A DNA stretch of 32,000 nucleotides from Aquifex aeolicus VF5 (GCF_000008625.1 NC_001880.1:1-32000); one strand, 5' to 3'; counted from the first letter of the stretch, positions 1-8,068 are shown. Notes: generated by a model from the letters alone, not told the origin. Program-made: numbers and translations.

Positions 1-182
1 TTTATATCGCTTTCCGGCAAAAGGTTTTTATTCTTTCCGAGAGTCATGCGAAATCCACTTCCCATAACCAGTTCAAAGTCGTCCCAGTTTTTAGCTCCTC
101 TCTCTAAAACGTCTACATACATCGTATATGCGTTTAGCGCTTCTCTTAAGTTCCTCGCTTGGACTTCCGCCGTAAGGCTCAT
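1..182 (-). CDS. hypothetical protein, N-terminal part (runs off left edge)
   Basis: ATG at 182-180 and open to position 1 ([39 protein letters not shown]...). An intact 68-aa paralog lies at 15894-16100. It overlaps the 3' end of the 91-432 ORF in another frame. Confidence 0.35.
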   Translation of the reverse strand, partial: MSLTAEVQARNLREALNAYTMYVDVLERGAKNWDDFELVMGSGFRMTLGKNKNLLPESDI

Positions 183-233
183 ACCCGAGTTTCTCCCTGT
201 AGAACTCTAATCTATCCTTGAACCAGTCCTTTT
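28..233. repeat. ~205-bp direct duplication, copy 1
   Basis: Aligns by eye with 15946-16150 at roughly nine positions in ten, with a 1-nt indel. Confidence 0.8.
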
Positions 234-432
234 CAACTCTAAAAGACGTTATTATCCCGCCTCTACCCAATATCACACACCACGAGAGATCTTCGAGATA
301 GTAAACCCTCGTCCAGCTTTTTTCACTTTTTGGCTTCATGATTATGACCCTTGAGCTTTGTGCTAACGCTTTAAAGGTTTTGAGTAGGTAATCAAGCTCG
401 TCAATTATCTGCTTGTATTTAAGCCTTGTCAA
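91..432 (-). CDS. hypothetical protein (start uncertain: TTG 432 or ATG 339)
   Basis: ORF track 91-492. The first ~20 codons are a translation of a CRISPR repeat, so I trimmed the start. No motif recognised. Confidence 0.4.
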   Translation of the reverse strand: MTRLKYKQIIDELDYLLKTFKALAQSSRVIIMKPKSEKSWTRVYYLEDLSWCVILGRGGIITSFRVEKDWFKDRLEFYREKLGYEPYGGSPSEELKRSAKRIYDVCRRFRERS

Positions 433-436
433 TAAG

Positions 437-663
437 CTTTCTATCCCATATATGGGAACTAAAACCTCAATAGCTTCTACTCCTTCAGGCACAGCTTCTT
501 TCTTTCTATCCCATATATGGGAACTAAAACCAAAGAAGTCCTTTATCTTAGAAACCTTCTTTTTGGACCTTTCTATCCCATATATGGGAACTAAAACGGG
601 AGTTCTAAAGAAGAGGTAATCGGGTATCTTTTCGCTTTCTATCCCATATATGGGAACTAAAAC
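437..663 (-). CRISPR. CRISPR-like mini-array, 4 identical 29-nt repeats and 3 spacers
   Basis: CTTTCTATCCCATATATGGGAACTAAAAC at 437-465, 502-530, 569-597 and 635-663. Spacers are 36, 38 and 37 nt and unique. The minus-strand reading GTTTTAGTTCCCATATATGGGATAGAAAG has GTTT and GAAAG ends, which suggests minus-strand transcription with a leader to the right. No cas genes in the window. Confidence 0.75.
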
Positions 664-901
664 CCGTTAATACCCTATTGGCTTTCAAGTAATATCTTAA
701 CAAACTTTTCAAATTGATAAGCCTCCCTTTTAGCACCCGCGTTCACCTGCACCGGAGAGCCAGGGGCACACCACCTGCTAAAGCATAATATCATCAATTT
801 TTAGAAATCCTTAACAAAAGGTTGTTTAAAGGAACCTAAAGCCCTGTTTTTCTGTACCTTAGCTGTTTGACACATTAAAAACCACGTATAATCTTATACA
901 T

Positions 902-1150
902 ATGAAAGTTCGCAAAAACATAACCCTTTCAAAAAAAGCTGAAGAATACCTCAGGATGCTTGCAAGAGAAAAGAAGAAATCCCAGAGCGAGGTTATAGAA
1001 GAGTTGATAGAAAAGGAAGCAAAAGAGTATGAAAAGAAAAAGAGACTTGAGGCGTTTGAAAGGCTTGTAAAAAATGCAAAATATTACAGCGGCAAGATAG
1101 GGAATAAAACTATTCAACAAATAAAAGAGGAAATGGGAAGTGAACTCTGA
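902..1150 (+). CDS. ribbon-helix-helix (CopG-like) antitoxin
   Basis: 82 aa. The N-terminal KNITLSKKAEEYLRMLAREKKKSQSEVIEELI fits a beta-strand plus two helices RHH pattern. It overlaps the downstream PIN gene by 11 nt. Confidence 0.7.
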   Translation: MKVRKNITLSKKAEEYLRMLAREKKKSQSEVIEELIEKEAKEYEKKKRLEAFERLVKNAKYYSGKIGNKTIQQIKEEMGSEL

Positions 1151-1574
1151 AAAAGTCTTCGTTGACGGAAATGTAATAGTAGACATTTTTGATGAAAGAA
1201 GGGTAAACCATAAATACTCGGTACAAGCAATTCGTATACTTTTAGCTAACAAGTTTGATCTTCTAACAAGTTCTGACCTTATTACCACCGTTTATTATGT
1301 ACTGTCTAAAATAGATAAAAAGAAAGCTTTATCGGATATAAAGGAAGTCGTAAACATTCTTGAGATTATACCTTTTGGTAAAGCAGAAGTAGAAAAAGCC
1401 ATAGAACTTATGGAAGGAGATAAAAATTTCAAAGATTTAGAGGATACACTCCAGTACGTTCTTGCAAAAAAGGAAGGTTGTAAGCTTATACTTTCAAACG
1501 ATAAAAGCTTTTACTCCCCCGATATTGAAGTGCTAACTACAGAGGAGTTTTGTGAGAGATGGAACACTTTATAG
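1140..1574 (+). CDS. vapC: PIN-domain toxin (VapC-like)
   Basis: 144 aa with a GTG start. Acidic PIN positions are visible: VFVDGNVIVD, DLEDTLQ, LSNDKSF. Coupled to the upstream RHH gene. Confidence 0.75.
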   Translation: MNSEKVFVDGNVIVDIFDERRVNHKYSVQAIRILLANKFDLLTSSDLITTVYYVLSKIDKKKALSDIKEVVNILEIIPFGKAEVEKAIELMEGDKNFKDLEDTLQYVLAKKEGCKLILSNDKSFYSPDIEVLTTEEFCERWNTL

Positions 1575-1710
1575 AGGTTATAAAAACATAGACAGAAATA
1601 GACACTTGACACAATAGGATAAAACGTGTGAATTTTAGACTAAGAAATAGGTAAAAAAACAGATATCGTCAGGGAAATAAAATAAAAACTTATTAAAGAA
1701 ATTCTGCAAG

Positions 1711-3174
1711 ATGAAAGTAATCAAGAAAACGGTTCTTCTTAAAGTTTACGAACCAAACAAAGGAAAAAAGGAATGTCTTGATAGAGTAATAGACCTTTAC
1801 GCTAAAACGCTTGATTTTTACCTTGACGTTATCAAAAAAGCGGGAATATACAGAATAGTAGCACTTGCGAGGAAAAAGAAAGAAAGAAAATCAGGAAGGA
1901 AAAGCAACTATGCACTCAATTTGCTTGAAAAGTTAACCGTTCCCACACAAGCGCATCCAAACCCCCTCTATCCCATACCCTTCAGCGTGAGAGTTGATAT
2001 AAGAAGGAGTGCAATAAATCAAGCGATAGGAATGGTATCAAGCTACGTGTCAAACTTAAAAAACTGGTATGAAGAAGGAAAAGAACTCGGACACTCAAAA
2101 CCCTCGTATCCTAATCCAAAAAGCTACTCTCCTCAGCTTTACAGCACTTTAGTAGAACTTGACGACTTGCTTGTAAGGGAAAACAAAGAGTTTCACTTTG
2201 TGAGGATAAAGGTTCTGAACGAAAAAGAAAGATAGGAATGGAAGAATTATCCCGTGAAGGTATACAAAAGGTTGTATGAACTCCTGGGCAGGGGATACAA
2301 ACCGTTAAAGAGTGCAAGGTTAATAAAACGTGGAAAAGATTACTACATAGGGATAACCTTGCAAAAAGCTGTCAAGGAAAAGAAGATAAAAAAACCGAGG
2401 TATGTAATAAACGTGGATTTAAACGTTCAGAGGAATTTAGCTTGCATAGGGATATTTGAAGTAGATTGGGAAAAAAGAGAAAGCAAGCTATACGGGATAA
2501 AGTTTGTAAACGGAAAGCTTTTGAGACTTGTATACAAAAGGGATTACTTGTTTGAGGAGATAAGGAAGAAACAGAGGCAGACAGGAAGGAGTCCACAGGT
2601 AGGAGATAATTCAAGACTGTGGAAAAAAGTAAACAATTTAAACAGAGACATAGCTTTAAAAGTAGCGAAAGAAATAAGCGATATAGCAAGGGAGTTTTCA
2701 GAGAAAGGAGAAGTTATAGTAGTATTTGAAAAACTAAAAGGACTCAGAGGTAGGAAAGGAAGAAGCAAGAAGCTAAACAGAAAGATAAACTTCTGGATGA
2801 GAAGGAAAATACAGGAGAGAGTAAAGGAACTCGGATTAGAAGAAGGATTTGGATTAGATTTTGTGTATCCGCATTATACGTCAAAGAAGTGTAGCAAATG
2901 CGGTTATGAGGGAGAGAGGTTCTCTCCCTCGGGTTCAAAAGCGTTGTTTTTGTGTAAGAAGTGTGGATATGTGGTAAATGCGGACGTGAATGCGGTATTC
3001 AATCAACACTTTCTTTACCTGTCCCATCTCCTAAATGGAGGTGGGAAAGCCCGCCCTGTGGTGCGGGTTGGGACTTCGCTGAAAAGTCCCTCACGTGAGG
3101 GACACAATCTAAGCGGAGTCCCTAAAGCAACAACTACCTTTTTCTATATTTCTTCACTTTTGTCTACATTTTAA
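1711..3174 (+). pseudogene. tnpB: TnpB (IS200/IS605 OrfB, IS1341-type RNA-guided nuclease) interrupted by one in-frame TAG at 2233-2235
   Basis: ORFs 1711-2235 and 2254-3174 are in the same frame and separated only by TAG. RuvC-like motifs are present: INVDLNV, VVVFEKLKGL, VVNADVNAVFN. Zinc finger CSKCGY...CKKCGY. No tnpA nearby. Confidence 0.8.
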
Positions 3175-3192
3175 GGTAGCTGTTGCAACCAC
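3017..3192 (+). ncRNA. candidate TnpB-associated omega-RNA / right-end scaffold
   Basis: GC-rich structured segment overlapping the tnpB 3' end. Hairpins: CCCGC...GCGGG, GGGACTT...AAGTCCC and the 18-nt palindrome GTCCCTCACGTGAGGGAC. A long-range stem GCAACAACTACC/GGTAGCTGTTGC is also present. Repeated at 15405-15570. Confidence 0.5.
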
Positions 3193-3447
3193 TCATCAAT
3201 AACTCTTCTAGTTTTCTAAGCATTCCTTTACAACCGAGCGGTTTATCCAAAATAAGGCAAACACCCTTCTATCAAGTTTCCCTTTATAGGTTATTCCCTT
3301 TTCAGAGAAATAGCTTTAGAGGGAAGTTTTCTTCCCTAAACATACGCTTCCATCTTCAGTTGTCCATTATCATGGACAACGAAATAGATAAATAGCTTAG
3401 AAGATAAATATTTGACAAAGTAAGCAGAAAAGTAGACATTTAGAATT

Positions 3448-3669
3448 ATGACGGTTAAACAAGAAGACAAGCTTCTCAGCACACCAGAACTTTTAGAGGA
3501 GCTTAAAAAAAGAGGAATAGATATAAGCAGAGTGACTTTATACTTCTGGATAAAAAAAGGGAAAATCCCTAAGAAATTCTATACCGTCAAAAAAAGACTT
3601 GAGAGGCAGTTCTATTACTTCAAACCCGAACTCGTAGAATTTCTAACCCAGAAACTCTCCTCCCGGTAA
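3448..3669 (+). CDS. small MerR/excisionase-like HTH protein (module 1)
   Basis: 73 aa. Paralogous to 8069-8290 and 29330-29548, sharing ELLEELKKRGI...YYFKPELVEFL. Confidence 0.65.
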   Translation: MTVKQEDKLLSTPELLEELKKRGIDISRVTLYFWIKKGKIPKKFYTVKKRLERQFYYFKPELVEFLTQKLSSR

Positions 3670-3706
3670 TTTTCAAAACTTCTATCCTAAGCCCTTTATC
3701 CCTTTA

Positions 3707-4044
3707 GTTCTCCCTATATAGGGAGAACCGATAGGCAATTACCTATTTTCTAATACATTCCTTGAAAGAAAAATTCCCCCTATTTAGGGAGAACTTGTTG
3801 TTTTGAGTATGATTTTTGAGGGGTTGAAAAGAAGTTCTCCCTAAGCACATTAACTTTATCTATACAGACAAGGAAAATTCTTGTTTTTAGAGTAATACCT
3901 AAAGTATTAGGGAGAACTTTTTAAAAGGTACTTGAAAATCAAAATATTACCCAAAGGTTCTCCCTAATTAGGGAGAATAAATTGTTTTTTTAAAATCTTT
4001 GCTCTTCAACTTTTCAGGATTTGTTCTCCCTATATAGGGAGAAC
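3707..4044. repeat. palindrome (iteron-like) array, module 1
   Basis: GTTCTCCCTATATAGGGAGAAC at 3707-3728 and 4023-4044. Degenerate full sites at 3773-3794 and 3957-3978. Left half at 3834-3843 and right half at 3908-3917, separated by a 64-nt AT-rich spacer. Confidence 0.85.
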
Positions 4045-4110
4045 TTAAACTTTTTATCTACTTTACTATTGCGACTATTTATCTACTTATCTAAATTTTG
4101 TAGGTAAGTT

Positions 4111-5064
4111 ATGGAGCATGAAAAAGCAATAAAAGAAATACTTGGAATAGACGACAGAATAAGGCTTTACGCAATAGAAAAATACGAGAAGAAGAAAAAG
4201 ACATTTTACAGATTTACGGGCTGGGATACTTACAAAAAGAAAATGGTGAAAGTACACATTCCCCGTAAGTTAGAAAAGGAAATCTTCTCCCTTTGGAAGG
4301 AACATCAGAAGGAGAAGCAACAACTAAAAGCTTTAGAACAAGAAGTCAAAGCACTCCTTGAAAAGTATAAAGACGCCGAAAAGATAAAAGAAGTTCTGGA
4401 AAGAATTGCTCAAGAGAGTATTACCAAAACCGCTTCAAGCCATGCATTAAAGACCTACACAGACAAAGCTAAAGAACTTTTCAAAAAGTTCGAAAAAGAC
4501 CTCATAAATCTCTACAAAGAAGGAGTTTTAAAAAGACTCACAATCCTTCAAGTCCTCTATCTCCTTGCCAATCTGAAAGAAATGTCAGAAGAACAGAAAA
4601 ATCCCCAGTTCCTCTTCAAGAAGGGAATAAGCACGATAATAAAGGTAGCAAAGAACGAAAGAATTCCGAATCCCTTCGGAACGCTAAAAAATGACTTTTT
4701 CCTTTCCGGGACACAAACTCCCTACGACTTTCTACTTTCAAGTTTCCTGGAAGAAGTCCTCGAAGAAACCTTGAGAGAGCTTCTTGAAAAAGAAATAGAA
4801 AAAATAGAAGCAGAAAGACGGGCAAAGGAATACGAAGAAAAAATGGAAAAGATAAAAGAAATAGTGGAGTGGTTCGAAAGCTTGCCCCACAAAATAAAGC
4901 AAACTGCAAAAGAAGTGATTTCTCAAAACACCGTGGAAGTAGCGGAAAAAATTTTGAAAGACATGGAAGATGGAAACTTCAGCTTGAAGGAAGTTCAGGA
5001 CTACCTTGAAAAGTCTACAAGAGAAAACCTTGTTGACTACTTCAGGTATCTCAAAAACCTTTAG
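4111..5064 (+). CDS. 317-aa conserved protein of module 1, putative initiator or array-binding protein (function inferred)
   Basis: Paralogs at 8785-9741 and 30009-30965. Shared blocks are LQVLYLLANLKE and NPFGTLKNDFFLSG.QTPYDFLLS. No Walker or HUH motifs seen. Confidence 0.8.
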   Translation: MEHEKAIKEILGIDDRIRLYAIEKYEKKKKTFYRFTGWDTYKKKMVKVHIPRKLEKEIFSLWKEHQKEKQQLKALEQEVKALLEKYKDAEKIKEVLERIAQESITKTASSHALKTYTDKAKELFKKFEKDLINLYKEGVLKRLTILQVLYLLANLKEMSEEQKNPQFLFKKGISTIIKVAKNERIPNPFGTLKNDFFLSGTQTPYDFLLSSFLEEVLEETLRELLEKEIEKIEAERRAKEYEEKMEKIKEIVEWFESLPHKIKQTAKEVISQNTVEVAEKILKDMEDGNFSLKEVQDYLEKSTRENLVDYFRYLKNL

Positions 5065-5114
5065 TACAGAGGAACGGAAGCCCCTCTCAAAAAAAAATCA
5101 AGGGAGGTAAGGAA

Positions 5115-5387
5115 ATGAAAGCAAAAGACGACTTTGAAAAAATACTTTTTGAAGAAGCGGAAGCTTTAGAAAAGATTCTTGAACTTCTCCAGAAAGTAAG
5201 GCAAAAGGAAATCCCTACGGAAAAATTGTGTAATCTGTTGGAAGGAGTCCCGAAAATCAAAATTTCTCCTCTTTCCGTTGACACAAAAAGAGCAACGATA
5301 GTAATCCAGATTGAAGGAGAGGGAAGAAAATTGGTTGCAGAAAAATGGAATAGAATCGTAAGGTGGGAAGAAGATGACACTCTCTAA
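5115..5387 (+). CDS. hypothetical protein
   Basis: 90 aa. Strong SD (GGGAGGTAAGGAA) before the ATG. Confidence 0.6.
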   Translation: MKAKDDFEKILFEEAEALEKILELLQKVRQKEIPTEKLCNLLEGVPKIKISPLSVDTKRATIVIQIEGEGRKLVAEKWNRIVRWEEDDTL

Positions 5388-5459
5388 AATTTTGGGAGAA
5401 CTCACTTATTTATTTATAGACGAAGAAGAACGGTGTTTAAAATTTAAAAAAAGGAAAAC

Positions 5460-5702
5460 ATGGAAGATAGAAAAATAGAGGCTATAAAGGAAAGGATAAG
5501 ATTTTACACAGAAGCTTTTAAAACTCTTTTAATAATTTCAGCTACACTTACTGGTGGAATTGCAGGTTTACTTTTCAAACTAAACAGTCCCACAAGTGTA
5601 TTCCTTATAGTGGTTGGATTGATAATAGATGTGATTCTAATTTCCGTAGCTATAAAGTTATATTTAAACATTGAGGAATTATTTAGGAGGATAGAAAAAT
5701 GA
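5460..5702 (+). CDS. small 2-TM membrane protein (family copy 1)
   Basis: 80 aa with two hydrophobic segments. Paralog at 20296-20565; truncated copies at 14022-14231 and 23457-23627. Confidence 0.65.
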   Translation: MEDRKIEAIKERIRFYTEAFKTLLIISATLTGGIAGLLFKLNSPTSVFLIVVGLIIDVILISVAIKLYLNIEELFRRIEK

Positions 5703-5821
5703 CGGAGACTTTGGGAATATTAGCTTTTCTTCTTGCAGCGACTGTATTCTCATTAGCCATACTATATATTGGTATTAAATCAACGAAAGAGACCAATAGA
5801 ATTATCAAAGAAGGAAAGTGA
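5699..5821 (+). CDS. 40-aa single-TM peptide
   Basis: ATGA overlap with the upstream gene. MTETLGILAFLLAATVFSLAILYIGIKSTKETNRIIKEGK. Same gene order as 20195-20299, 14224-14340 and 23312-23428. Confidence 0.5.
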   Translation: MTETLGILAFLLAATVFSLAILYIGIKSTKETNRIIKEGK

Positions 5822-5876
5822 GCGGAGATATACTTCCCAGAAAAACCTTTTCTGAACTCTTCAAAAGGGAAAAATA

Positions 5877-6824
5877 ATGGAACATTTCATAGACACCTAT
5901 CTTTACGAACTCAGGAAAGTAAGGGACGAAAAGACGATAAAGAAAAAGGAGTATCTTCTCAAGCACCTTCAGGATTATTCCGAGGACCTTCCCGCATTTG
6001 ACCAGTCCGAAATCTTCTCCTTCTATGAATACCTCAAAAACAAGAACCTCAAAGAAACTACCATAAGAGACATTCTCAAAGAAGTAAGGCTCTTCTACGA
6101 ATGGTTGCAGGAGCAAGGACTTAATTTGAAGTTTGACGAAAAGGCACTCAAAAAGCTATTTCAGTCTAAAAAGTCCCAAGAAGCCCTAAAGTCAAAGAAG
6201 AAGTATTACTCGGACGATGAGATAAACCTTATCTTGAATGCCATAAGGGGAGCTGTGGAGGGAATTTCTACAAAACACCCGATTTACTACATTCTTACGA
6301 TATTCCTGCTTTGTTCGGGACTGAGAATTTCCGAAGCGGTAAAGGTAAGAAAGAAAGACTTTGAAGTAAAGAGAATTTTGACGGAAGAAGGAGAAGAAAA
6401 GGAAGTGTGGTTTGTAAAAGTAAGGGAAGGAAAGTTCGGAAAGGAGAGAAAGGCACTTATCTACTTTTTCCGTCCTGAATGGAAGAGGATTTTTGAGGAA
6501 AGACTTAAAAAACTAAAGCCCGAGGACTTTTTCTTTACCTATGCGGTCAAATACCCAAAAAGCGTTAAAGTGTTCACACTTACGGATAAAACCGCCAAGT
6601 GGTTTTACTGGAAACTGGAAAAAGAATTAAGGGAAAAGGGATATGAGATTGAAGTAAACGCTCACAGGTTTAGAAATACATACATAACGAAGCTGGCAAC
6701 CAAAGGATTTCCTGTGAACCTGATAGCGGACTGGGTAGGACACTCAAAGATTTCCACTACTATGGACGTCTACATGGAAGCGGAGAGGGAAAAGCAATTA
6801 GAGGCTATTTTGGAGAGGATTTGA
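5877..6824 (+). CDS. tyrosine recombinase / phage-integrase family
   Basis: 315 aa. SGLRISEAV (box I Arg), HRFRNTYITKL, VGHSKISTTMDVY (His and catalytic Tyr region). Confidence 0.85.
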   Translation: MEHFIDTYLYELRKVRDEKTIKKKEYLLKHLQDYSEDLPAFDQSEIFSFYEYLKNKNLKETTIRDILKEVRLFYEWLQEQGLNLKFDEKALKKLFQSKKSQEALKSKKKYYSDDEINLILNAIRGAVEGISTKHPIYYILTIFLLCSGLRISEAVKVRKKDFEVKRILTEEGEEKEVWFVKVREGKFGKERKALIYFFRPEWKRIFEERLKKLKPEDFFFTYAVKYPKSVKVFTLTDKTAKWFYWKLEKELREKGYEIEVNAHRFRNTYITKLATKGFPVNLIADWVGHSKISTTMDVYMEAEREKQLEAILERI

Positions 6825-6831
6825 AACTACT

Positions 6832-7101
6832 TCATTTATAAGCCTCTCCCCTCGGAGCTATATTTACTACAGCTATGATTTTTTCTTCAGGTATTAATGC
6901 AAATATTACTCTGTAATCTCCTACCCTTAAGCGATAAAAACCCTTAAGCTTTCCTACCAAGGGTCTTACGTGTTTGTGCATTAGAGGGTCTTCACATTCG
7001 CTTAATTCTTCAAGAGCTTTCGTTATCCTCTTCCTTGTATTCCTATCCAGTTTCTTATACTTCCTTTCAGCGGTAGAGGATAGCTTAATCGTCCAGCTCA
7101 T
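6832..7101 (-). CDS. relE: RelE/ParE-family toxin
   Basis: 89 aa. GFYRLRVGDYRVIFALIPEEKIIAVVNIAPRGEAY is typical of RelE/StbE. Overlaps the upstream antitoxin gene. Confidence 0.75.
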   Translation of the reverse strand: MSWTIKLSSTAERKYKKLDRNTRKRITKALEELSECEDPLMHKHVRPLVGKLKGFYRLRVGDYRVIFALIPEEKIIAVVNIAPRGEAYK

Positions 7102-7327
7102 CTAATTTCTTTCCACCGCCCCTCTTTATCTCTTCCAGTCCTTTCTGACACTCTTCAAGGAAGTTAGGAATAGAAAGAAGCTCAAGCGTTTCTTTATGCC
7201 TCTTTATGTATTCGTCAATCAGCTCGTTCAATATGTCGTTAATCTTTCTTCCTTCATACCCTGCTAAAGCCCTAAGAAGCCGTGCTTTCTCTTCGTCAAT
7301 CCTGATAGTGGTTGTTACTCTCTTCAT
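7085..7327 (-). CDS. RHH-type antitoxin for RelE
   Basis: 80 aa. TTTIRIDEEKARLLRALAGYEGRKINDILNELIDEYI. Overlaps the relE-like gene by 17 nt. Confidence 0.65.
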   Translation of the reverse strand: MKRVTTTIRIDEEKARLLRALAGYEGRKINDILNELIDEYIKRHKETLELLSIPNFLEECQKGLEEIKRGGGKKLDELDD

Positions 7328-7394
7328 AAAAGATTAAAATAGAATATTGAATTGTTGATTTCAATAAGTCATGAAATCAAATTAAAGGGAAGCT

Positions 7395-7979
7395 ATGAAC
7401 AAGCTCTTAGAGAGTCCCTACGACATAGTTCTTGAAGAGGTAAGGGAGGGAAAGGTAAATCCCTTTGACGTGGACCTTGACCATTTAATAGCGCTTTTTC
7501 GGAAGAAAGCAAAAGAACTTAAGGGCTCCGAATACATGCTCGAAGCGGGAAAATTTCTGGAGGCTTCTTCAAAACTCCTTTTGCTAAAGCTTGAATACTT
7601 CTTTCCCAAGTCCCAAAAAGAAAGGAAGAAGGTAAGTCTGAAGGAAGTTCAAGAAGTATTGATAGAAGAGGGTGAGGAAGACCTTTCCCGTTTTGACACT
7701 TCTTTCTTGTGGGAGTATTCTCCTGAAGTCGGGAGACCTAAAAGCTCTAAAGGGGAAAAGCCGAAAATCCTGGAGTGGAGAGAGTTCTGGAAACTCTCAA
7801 AAGAGCGCGTTCCACTTCACAGGGAACCGAACTGGCAGGAAGAGGCAAAAAGAGTTTATGAGGAGATAAAGAGGGGAGTGTTCAGGATAAGGAACTTGAG
7901 GGACTTCATAGCTTTTCTGTTTGCCTACATGGAGTATGAGGAAGTCCAGAAGGAAGAGCTATTAAGGAGATTACTTTAG
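7395..7979 (+). CDS. ScpA-like (kleisin, segregation/condensation protein A) short homolog
   Basis: The N-terminus NPFDVDLDHLIALF...MLEAGKFLEASSKLLLLKLEYFFP resembles the ScpA N-terminal pattern. Recognised by eye only. Confidence 0.45.
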   Translation: MNKLLESPYDIVLEEVREGKVNPFDVDLDHLIALFRKKAKELKGSEYMLEAGKFLEASSKLLLLKLEYFFPKSQKERKKVSLKEVQEVLIEEGEEDLSRFDTSFLWEYSPEVGRPKSSKGEKPKILEWREFWKLSKERVPLHREPNWQEEAKRVYEEIKRGVFRIRNLRDFIAFLFAYMEYEEVQKEELLRRLL

Positions 7980-8068
7980 AGTAAAACTTGAGCGGCTACC
8001 GAAGGAAGGCTTTTCCGTTTTCGAGAAGGATTGTAATTATTTTCCCAAAAGTCTTTCAACATAGTTTC

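Noticed and set aside
413-619. 68-aa + strand ORF across the repeat array
   Set aside because: Its sequence repeats LSIPYMGTKT, which is just the CRISPR repeat translated. It is an artefact of the array.
735-790. GC-rich patch between the array and the TA pair, considered as a second TnpB 3'-end remnant on the minus strand
   Set aside because: The resemblance is loose (GSPVQVNAGAKREA-like translation) and it does not align with the 3017-3192 scaffold. It may simply be CRISPR leader DNA.
867-892. TTGACA ... TATAAT promoter-like pair upstream of the RHH/PIN operon
   Set aside because: The hexamers are perfect, but the spacer is only 14 nt and the promoter consensus in this organism is unknown to me. 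I did not list it as a feature.
929-1288. Antisense ORFs opposite K/E-rich genes (929-1288; also 2111-2938, 4616-4926, 5087-5405, 8861-9686, 26525-27145, 28550-28864 and similar)
   Set aside because: They are F/L/S-rich mirror images of AAG/GAA-rich coding strands. They have no RBS and overlap better-supported genes.
3359-3380. Perfect 9-bp stem hairpin GTTGTCCAT-tatc-ATGGACAAC
   Set aside because: No U-tract follows it on either strand and there is no second copy, so I cannot assign it as a terminator or IS hairpin.
3183-3395. 70-aa + ORF after tnpB
   Set aside because: It has no RBS and is low-complexity. It begins inside the conserved element end, so it is more likely flank or guide region.
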